From Callorhinchus milii (Eukaryota), in assembly GCF_018977255.1 (NCBI RefSeq), contig NW_024704742.1, positions 84,384,001-84,448,000 on the forward strand: a stretch of DNA of 64,000 nt, given 5' to 3'. The notes beneath the pieces are model-generated. The model saw only the letters and a list, made by a program, of their open reading frames with translations. It had not been told where the DNA came from and did no database searches. Positions 55,431 through 64,000 of the stretch are shown here, piece by piece (position 1 is the stretch's first letter; every line of letters begins with the position of its first letter). A program made the position numbers and the translations under genes.

Positions 55431-56682
55431 CTTTACACAAGTAACAACGAGAAAATCAAGCAGTTGGTAAACTTAGTTGCAGAATATTTCTTGCTGATAT
55501 TCTCATCTTTTATCTGAGACTGTGGTGAGACTGAAAGTGAAATTGAATCTGTGACAAAGTGTATGATGATTGTGGTGACAATTGTTACTAAACAATCGTG
55601 ACTAGCAGATGTCTAGGGAATGCTTCCTTCAAACACGACTTCCTCCACTTTATTCACCACATTGATATATCATAGTTGTCCTTTTGGCTGTATCGCAGTT
55701 GTATTTGAATTGGAAAGTGTGGTGAGACTTATATCCCTCATCATATTTTTAATAATGAAACTCAGTTACATTAATTGAGTGTGTATATTATGAATATACA
55801 ATTTGAACTAGTCCAAGATTTAAGTGCTCTATTGTGAAACTGGCCAAAGCACCCCAGAGACATCAGTTTCATGGTCTGAATGTAACATCTCCCAGTAACA
55901 TGGGCAGTCTGCAGTATTGTAAAAGGTCTCTGAGGGATTTATGCACCCCACTTCAGAGGCTCAGCACTTCAGGGGCTCAGCACTTCAGGGAAGTCACCTA
56001 GAATATCACAGAGGCTGGTACGATACAAGCTGTCCTGTAAAGGTCCTTGTGATGTTCATTGAATACCTGTTGAGAAGCCTCTGAGGCTTGGGATGACAGT
56101 TGCTGGAAGGTTTTACTTGAATTCTAGGAACACATAAATCCAGGGCTTGGCATCCATGGCGATTAGTTTGCATCAAGGTAAGATGATTTTGCTCAAACCC
56201 TGTGGCTCTGACTGGTGGAATCTTTGCTATATGGGTATAGATGTGTGTGTTATGGGCAGGAAGATGGTAACAATGCTCTCATGCATTTCATGCTGAGCTG
56301 TGCTGCTCACCTGATAGCTCACAGGTAGTTCCTAGTGAGGGCTCAAACCTGCGCTTGTCAGATGTCAAGTGACTAACCAGTGACTATCCTCCTGGGAGTG
56401 GGGGAGGGAACTGGTTCCATAGTGACGGCCTTGCCAACAGAATATTGGAATCAAGTCAATCCTCTGTGGCAGTCTCGGTTGGCCAATTCCTGGGCCAGGT
56501 GGGTGCCCAGTACCTCCCAACACTGCTGATCACAACACAACCAGGCTGGCTCATCAGAGAGACCCAGAGGAACAGATAATCCCAAATTCGCTTCAATCGG
56601 TCAGATTTTTTTTATTTTGCTCAGCCAGGTATCTGACATATATGGAAACTCATCACCTTGCTTAAGGATATAAAATTCATGT

Positions 56683-56853
56683 GTCAATTCTGCATAAGCA
56701 AATGTTAGTCAATTCTGCAGAGGCAAATGTTAGTCAATTCTGCAGAGGCAAATGTTAGTCAATTCTGCAGAGGCAAATGTTAGTCAATTCTGCAGAGGCA
56801 AATGTTAGTCAATTCTGCAGAGGCAAATGTTAAGTCAATTCTGCAGAGGCAAA
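56683..56853 (+). repeat. 25-bp minisatellite (GTCAATTCTGCAGAGGCAAATGTTA) x ~7
   Basis: Near-perfect tandem units read directly. Confidence 0.95.
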
Positions 56854-57877
56854 AGGTCTCCCTTACAGAATTCACACATATATTTTATTTCTTTGCTACA
56901 GAAATAAATGTTAGACAGTATTCCTTGATGTACGTAGGTAAAAGCTGCACTAGTGATCATAAGTGATCATTTTGTGCCATACTTCAATTGTTTTGGCCTT
57001 CTTTTCAGGTTTTGCTTTCTCTTTACTGATTTGCCAACCTTTGGCAATAATCTATTTCTAATTATTCTATCGTAGCCCTTCAGAATCTTAAAAGCTTCCA
57101 TTAGGAAACCCATTAATCTTCTCAGCTTTAGTAAGGAGTCCTGTAGCATATTGGTGAGAGCACTCCCCACCCAAGCAAGAGGATCTGGGTTTGATTCCCA
57201 GGCAGGGTGAAACATTAGGCAAGTTTCCTTACTCCACGTGCCTCTGTTTACCGAGCAGTAAATAGGAACCCAGTGCTCTATTTTTAGTTTGTGCATGACC
57301 CCATTGACAGCCTTCTCTGCTGGAAATGTGAAAATGGGGAGGAGCTCAGGCCTATAGATAAATAATAATCCTTGCATTTAATATAATGCCTTATCACGTC
57401 GTTGAGACGTCTTAAAGCGCTTCATGGAATATACTGCAAAGTGGATTTACTGTATTTTGTGGGCAAAATCGGGTGCTAAGAGAAATTGATGCATTACCAG
57501 CCTGGTGCTGTCAGAAGCTCTCAGGTGTTACACTGAGAGTGTTACAGAAATCATTCGGAGGAATATGTCAATGAGTAAAATACATTCTTTCCACAAACCA
57601 CTTTGATAAGAAATGAAAAAAACTCTGAAATGCTACAATCATTTAATTGTCATTTCATTCCTTCAGCCTAGTGGCCTTGACAATAACCATATTAAAAATT
57701 ACAGAAAACTATATTTGGGATATTCCACATCTCAAGTCATATGGTTTTCAAGTTGTAAGAACATAAGAACATAAGAATTTGCTAGGCGAAAGAAGACCAA
57801 CGTCCATCCTGTTCGCCTTCCATCATCCTGGCAGTCGAGTGCACATGTCCATGTTAAGAGTGAGAACAGATGTACGG

Positions 57878-58086
57878 TCAACCTGGGCAGAGTGTTTTGA
57901 GATCGGTTATGGTGCAGCCTCTAGCACAGCAGTCTATGGCCAGTCTGCCAATTGCACAGAATGTTTCAATTGACATTCGTTGCTGCAGTGCTTCACCCCG
58001 CCTACATTTCATAACCATCCTCCTGAGCTCCCTCACGTTGGCTGTCTCCTCGGGGTGGTCTTTGTCAGCTAAGGTCTGGGAGTGAT
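57878..58086 (-). CDS. Insulin/relaxin-superfamily gene copy B, exon 2 (C-peptide + A-chain)
   Basis: ttccattccag|AT (phase 1); HSQTLADKDHPEETANVRELRRMVMKCRRGEALQQRMSIETFCAIGRLAIDCCARGCTITDLKTLCPG*; canonical CC-x3-C-x8-C; candidate ATTAAA at 57642-57647. Confidence 0.9.
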
Positions 58087-58769
58087 CTGGAATGGAACAT
58101 AACACTCCTGTCACAAAGCGCTTTACGGATTATATTATAGAGTGGATTGACTTTGTATTTTGTGGGCAAAACGGGGTAGCCAATTGCACACAGCAGAGTC
58201 CCACAAACAGCCATATATTGAGTGACCAAATTAATTTTTTGGGGGTTGGAAGGATTATTACCCCGAGAATGTGATCCGCCAATTGACCAGGTTCCTGCTT
58301 ACTGCTAGGTAAACAGAGTCGTGTTGAGTAAGAAAACCTACCTAAGGTTTCACCCTGCCCGAGAATGGAACCTGGGTCCTCTCACTTGCGAGGCGAGCGT
58401 GCTAACCACTATGCTATATGACTCCTTACTCCCCTCCATGTGCACAGGCACGTCTGAATCTTCTCATTACAAGTTAGTGAAAGCCACAAAAGACCCTGAC
58501 TTTTTAGATCTCCAAAAAATGCTAAAAACGAACCCCTGAAAAATGAAATGTTTATAAATCCTGAAAAACAGAATCTCTAATTATAATATACAAGAGTAGG
58601 AGAGGTCCCAGCACCAACCCATGAGGTATTCCAATTAATGTAATTCCCCTATTTTCACACAGTTTCCCTGTGACTACCCTCTGCTTCCTTACCTTTAATC
58701 AGTAACTAAGACACATCCATATCCTACTCTTGATACCCAGTAAAATCAGTTTGTAATGGAGTGCTACTC

Positions 58770-59250
58770 TGCCAAAGACTTTTTGGAAGAACAAAGCAGA
58801 CCTGGAGTCAATGCTGGAGGAGGCAAAGTAGATTTGTGTGTCATCCACATACATGTGGAATTTTACCCTGTGTCTGCGGATGAAATCATTAAGAGGGAGT
58901 ATATAGATGAGGAAAAGAAGAGGCCAAGGATGGGCCCTGGGGTACCCTACATGTGATGACCAGGCGGGGAGCGGGAGGAGAAACCATTTGCCGAGATAAA
59001 ATGGAGGCGATTGATTAAGTTGGACTCGAACTATGTGACTGCAATCCCACTAAGGTCAATGACGGAGAAGATGCAGTGGAGGAGGATGGTGTGGTCGACT
59101 GTGATGAACACAGCAGAGAAATCCAGGAGGACGAGGAGGCAGAGGGAGCCCTGGTCACAGATAGAGAGAACGTCATTTGTGACTTGGATAAGTGCTATGT
59201 CTGTGCTGGGGCAGGGTGAAAACCACACTGCAGGGGCTCAAGGAAGGAGA
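58770..59250 (-). mobile_element. L2 RT fragment inside the intron of copy B
   Basis: ORF 59031-59228 [26 protein letters not shown]. Confidence 0.85.
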
Positions 59251-59976
59251 GGTGATTTATGATTAATTTGTGATTCATCTCAACTGATTTATGACTGAGT
59301 AAAACATAACTGTGTTCTACGTCATTAAACTTAGTCCTCATACCTCTAACGTTTACCCATCTAAAGATATAAACTGGAGTTTGGATGCAGACTTGGGACA
59401 AGTTGTTCTCCCTATCTTGGCCTTGTACTCTGCAACAAACTCCAAATGTTATTCTGACCCGTTTCTCCTTAAGGACATCTAACCAGAGAATTTCACACCA
59501 CTGCTATTTTGAGATGCTGCCGGGAAGAACAATAACAAAACAAAATTACATTTGTAAAGCGCCTTTCACGTCGGGAGGATGTCCCAAGGCGCTGAACCTT
59601 CGAGGTTTTCCTTACATAAACAGAACCCTCTCCACCTTTTCTATCCACCATATCATTCCTGAATTTGTGTACCCTGGTAATTGATACTTACTTCCATCAC
59701 CCTGGTTTACATTTCTGTGATTTTTACCACAGTAATCACTGGTTGTTGTCCGTGCTCTCATTCCATTGTTTTATTTCAAGCGCTTCTGGCATTATGTACT
59801 CGAAAGAGAGAGAAAAATAATGTGGTCACTCAACCATGATTGTGTGGGATACTGCTATAACCAATTGGCTGCCATATTTCACCCACAAAATATACAGTAT
59901 ATCCTGTGAAGCACTACTCACTCGGGCAACAGCGTTAAAGAAACAATAGTTAATGGAAGTGATTTTAAATCCTTAC

Positions 59977-60118
59977 CAACATAATGGCGTCTTTTGAAAG
60001 AGTCTGGACAAGCATCAGTCACTGCCTTGTAGAACGGTGGCCCACACAATAAATCCTGAGGCAGTACAGAGCCAGGCACGGAGGAAAGGAACAGCAAAAC
60101 ACACATCATACACTTCAT
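59977..60118 (-). CDS. Insulin/relaxin-superfamily gene copy B, exon 1 (signal peptide + B-chain)
   Basis: MKCMMCVLLFLSSVPGSVLP-QDLLCGPPFYKAVTDACPDSF-KRR-HYV then G|gtaagg. Hydrophobic leader, LCG...C with 11 residues between Cys, basic site, and a phase-1 donor in frame with exon 2 (116-aa precursor). Confidence 0.9.
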
Positions 60119-60270
60119 CTCAGCTCACAAGTGATCACTCTCAGAGACTGTCGAACCAGACCATACGCTTTAATGGTATCTTTCTTCACCTCAGATGACT
60201 CGATTTCAAGTCAAGTACCTCTTTCTTGCTCTCTCTCTCTTGCTCTCTCTCAATTTGCCTCCTTCCTTTC

Positions 60271-60278
60271 TTTTATAG
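60271..60278 (-). promoter_or_regulatory. Candidate TATA box of copy B
   Basis: CTATAAAA on the minus strand ~155 bp upstream of the ATG. Confidence 0.5.
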
Positions 60279-61419
60279 CTGGCGTGCTCTCTTATTCTAA
60301 CTGAGAATTTGAAATCACTTTTCACACCCCTTTCTCTGATGACCTCAGACATTTTCCAGCCCCTCATATCATATGTGATAACAGCTCCACAGCTACATTA
60401 ATCAGGATCCAACTTGAGAAGGAGAGTACACGATGACTGTGGCTAAAGAGGACAAATGGGCTATGTTATAAGGAAGTCTGTTATGAAAGAGCCTGTCTCA
60501 GGATGTTGGACACAGGCTTTCACTCTAGATGTGGGTTTGCTGCACCAAGTCAGATGTGGAAACTGGCCATGAGCTGAGTAATGTGTGATTCTGACAGAAA
60601 CCTCTGCCTCAGACATGTTCAATATCACAAGCAGAGCAGTTTTTTGTACAGACTACAGCAAAGAAACACGCCACTTGCCCAACCAGTCAATGTCAGTGTT
60701 TATACTCCACACAAAGCCCCATCTATCCTTACTTCCTACCATACCTTTCTATTCCCTTTCCCTCAATTGAAGGTCTAATTTCCTCTTGAATGTATCTACG
60801 CTATCTGATTCAACCACCGCTTCAGGCAGGGAGTTTCACAGTAAAACCCTCTGTGTGAAATAGTTCCTCCTAAATTGCTTTTTAGATCCTCTGGTCACTG
60901 TTTTATACTTGTGTCCCCTGAATATGGACTCCCCAACCAGTTGAAATAGCTTATTTATGCTAATCTTATCAAACCCTTTTATAATTTTAAACACGGTGGT
61001 GATGCTGATAGGATGGGAGATGTGAAGCAGGCTGGTATTTTCTGAATGGAAGGAGCGGCCGGGGCAGTAGGAGACAGAGGTAAGGTGTGGTGAGGTCTTT
61101 GAGAGATTTGAAATTGAGGACTAGGGGAGCCAGTGGAACCAGATGATGAGCTTGTGGAACTTGGTGTAGGAGAGGAAACGAGCTGCGTTGTTCTGGACCA
61201 TCAGTAGTTTGCGAAGGGAAGAGCTGAAGAATCGGGTAAGTGGAGCATTGGAATGATCACTCCACTCCAGTTACTACAAATCCCTTCACACCACAACACC
61301 AACTGTCTCCATACCTTCTCCTAAGCCCAGTCTTCTGCTCGCACCTTCCATTCGGGTAACTTAAGCCAGCTTTGTATACCCCGCTCCCCACTATCATGAA
61401 TACATCCTCATATGCAGTG

Positions 61420-62130
61420 TTTGTCAATGAATAAAATACATTCTTTACACAAACGATTTGGATAAGAAATGAGAAGACTCTGAAACATGCACAGTTGCAA
61501 ACATTTTATTCTCCTTCTTAGATCTTCAGGGTGATACAAAGCTACACTCTAAGTCCTGTAGCTCAGTGGTTAGAGCACTCGCCTGGCAAGCAAGAGACCT
61601 TGGTTCGATTCCCGGCAGGGCGAAACCTTGGGCAAGTTTCCTTACTCCACATGCCTGATAATAATCCCTCAAGAAAAAAACCAATAATAAGTTGGTCCCT
61701 TCAATCCACGACTGTTTGTGGGACGCTGCTGTGAGCAATTGGCTGCCGCATTTCGCCCACAAAATATACAGTCAATTCACTTTACAGTCTATTCTGTGAA
61801 GCGCTTTGAGACATCTAGAAGATGTGAAATGTGCTATATCAAATGCAAGAACTATTATTATTATCATTACACTTTTGAAGCAAGATCAAGAGGAGGATAA
61901 GTCACCTGTATAAGTGAGGTTTCCATTGGTGATATAAAGCTGAGCCTGACACAGTCAGCATTGTCGAAGCACCACTTGCAGGAGTTTTTGTGTGGAAGTT
62001 TATTTGTTTCTTGTGAAAATGCTCTTGAGATGGTTCAGGGTCTCATTTCTTCCTCAGCGTCATTTCTGGATGTTGAATTTTGACTAAAGTTCCCAGTACA
62101 GGGCCTTGAAAGCATCTCCCCAGCTTTTCT
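61420..62130 (-). pseudogene. Probable degenerate terminal exon and 3' UTR of a further relaxin-like paralog (copy D), split by a SINE
   Basis: 61420-61530 is homologous to the 3' flanks of copies B (57565-57680) and A (62525-62590), including AATAAA. 61940-62130 reads GEML (shared with copy C) ... SCKWC in one frame with an intervening stop. Confidence 0.5.
61551..61868 (+). mobile_element. tRNA-derived SINE, near full length
   Basis: 'gtcctgtagctcagtggttagagcactcg...tggttcgattcccgg' with intact A and B boxes; (ATT)n tail. Confidence 0.9.
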
Positions 62131-62812
62131 GTCTCGATTGGACAATAAAATAAAATGGTAGTACCTTTCACGTCAGGAGTACATCTAGAAGTGCTTCACA
62201 CAGCTGAAGAGACGAGGAGGGGGTAAGATGACCAAAAGAACAGTCAAAAAGATAAGTCTTAAGAGTGGGGTTTTAAAGTTGGATAGGGAAGCAGATGAGG
62301 TGAAGGGTTTCTGTGATGTAGTCCCAGAGAGTGTTTGACAATTAAACATTTGACCATCTAGTTTGTAACTTGCTGCAAACTTCCTGATGAGCCTCCCTTT
62401 CTCATGGCTTTGCCACAACAGTTGAGTCTGAGGGAATCAATGCTGCAAATCAGGAAACTGACTGAATTAAGTCAGTCTTACACTGTTCCTCTCAGTTTTT
62501 ACCTGATTATTTGGACGGATGACGGCAGAAACACTGAAACGTGTACAGTAGCAAATATTTTATTCTCATCTTAAGATCTTCTGGGTGTTGACTACAGGCA
62601 CTGACTTTGACCAGACTAAAAACATACAGTAAATATGTTAGAATGATATTCAATATAGGTGAGATTTGTAAACACATATCTCACACTTACTATAACCAAA
62701 CTGCATTTAAGTTCATATTTACGACAACAACAACAAATTACATTTGTATCGTTTCTTTCACATTGGGGGGACGTCCCAAGGCGCTATTTACACAATAAAG
62801 ACAGACATAAAA

Positions 62813-63036
62813 TTAGGGTTTGCAGAAGGTATTCATATCATGTCTGCTACACCCAACTTTGCAACATTTATTGATAATTCCATAAGTGTTTGCCCTTCTT
62901 TCTGCGGTCTGGTACACTGTAGCTCCAAACGGCTGTATTGGTGCATTGTATTTCCCATTCTCAAGCCTCCACTCAAACGCCTTCATGTTATCTGTTTCCT
63001 CGGAGTATTCTTTGTCAGCTGATGGCAAGAAGGGAT
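62813..63036 (-). CDS. Insulin/relaxin-superfamily gene copy A, exon 2 (C-peptide + A-chain); exon 1 lies beyond the window
   Basis: tctcttccag|AT (phase 1); PFLPSADKEY...TAE-RR-ANTYGIINKCCKVGCSRHDMNTFCKP*; dibasic site and CC-x3-C-x8-C; AATAAA at 62559-62564. Confidence 0.92.
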
Positions 63037-63045
63037 CTGGAAGAG

Positions 63046-63320
63046 AAATAATAATACTTTGATATAGAGTTTTATCATGCTGTTGAGATGTCTCACAGCC
63101 TTTCACAGGATAAACTGTAAAGTGAATTGACTGTATTTTGTGGACAAATCACGGCAGCCAATTGCTCACAGTAATATCCCACAAACAGTCAACGATTGAG
63201 TGACTACATTTTTTTTTGAGGGATTATTACCCCCAGAAAGCAATCCCCCAATCGACTAACTTACTGCTAGATAAACAGAAACGTGTGGAGTAAGGAATTT
63301 GTTTAAGGTTTTGCTCTACT
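63046..63320 (-). mobile_element. SINE body and tail abutting the copy A splice acceptor
   Basis: Family body 'ccttactccacacg...cagtcaattcactttacag' and (ATT)n tail ending ~10 nt before the AG. Confidence 0.8.
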
Positions 63321-64000
63321 CAGAGCCTACTTTCAGTGAGCACTGCAGACGATCCAGACAGGCACTTTGAACATCGTATTCAGAGATCCTAACAGGTCAG
63401 AACGACAGCAATTGGCCAGAGTCGAGTTAATAGATACAACACTCAACTGGTAAGAAGACCAGGGGAAGCCTGGCTGAAGGAATGGAGACAGAAACTGCTT
63501 AAAGCACCAGGCACTGGATCAGCCCTTTAATTCTATCCTTATTTTAAAGTGGAGACAGTACAGTAAATGGGAACCAGTTTATCTACTCTTACACCTGGCT
63601 CAGGGAACTACCTTTATTCACTGTTTGTCTGCTCCTCTTACAATTTTCTTCTTAGATTTTTCTATTCTATTCACAGTTTGAATATATACTATCTGGTCTG
63701 AAGTTATAAACACTGCTCTGTTATCTGTTTGGCATTGTTAAAAATCAATTACATTTCACTTGATACACCTACTGCCATCAACCTGAATGTCAAATGAGCT
63801 AACGAGATAACTTCTGAGACAGAATAGAGCTGGTAAAAGAGCTTCAGCCCGAGACTCACAAAACACTTTAGGAATGAATCTTTCACAAGCGATTTGCTAG
63901 CATATTTCAGAATTGTCAACCCTTTTCTTCTTCTCAGATCACAAATGAATAGTCTCAGTGCCTCTGACTTAGAGTTCCCCTGACAGCTATTTCAACGTTT

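Noticed and set aside
53615..56853. 28-bp and 25-bp repeats as a CRISPR-like array
   Set aside because: Head-to-tail units with no unique spacers, in a eukaryotic genome.
60148..60218. Possible 71-nt insulin-style 5' UTR intron in copy B
   Set aside because: GT and AG are present but the pyrimidine tract is poor; needs transcript data.
61551..61622. tRNA-like sequence with A and B boxes
   Set aside because: Continues into the multi-copy SINE body and tail; it is a SINE head, not a tRNA gene.
57878..63036. Assigning RLN, RLN3, INSL5 or INS symbols, or a venom function
   Set aside because: Too divergent to assign orthology by eye, and nothing in the sequence indicates tissue or function.

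Overview
Vertebrate genomic DNA. The repeat content (L2 and CR1 LINEs, DeuSINE-like and tRNA-derived SINEs) suggests a cartilaginous fish, probably a chimaera; this is inference. From 8088 to 46983 on the + strand lie 23 coding exons of RIC1 (KIAA1432, RAB6 GEF subunit). All have GT-AG boundaries and splice by hand into one uninterrupted frame of 1311 codons plus stop; the first exons lie upstream of the window. Directly downstream, tail-to-tail on the - strand, is a tandem cluster of divergent insulin/relaxin-superfamily genes that the ORF track does not join. It contains one complete two-exon gene (60118->57878, 116 aa) whose B-chain lacks the relaxin R-x-x-x-R-x-x-I/V motif and which has two extra cysteines. 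It also contains an intact terminal exon of a second gene (63036->62813; first exon outside the window), a clear pseudo-exon (~51250-51525) and two weaker remnants (~55900-56120, ~61420-62130). This looks like a lineage-specific birth-and-death expansion at the RIC1-linked relaxin locus. Also present: a palindromic Penelope-type element with a minimal hammerhead-ribozyme core, a Tc1/mariner-type MITE, three minisatellites and a consensus CTCF motif. Repeat boundaries are approximate; RIC1 exon numbers follow my recollection of the human gene.
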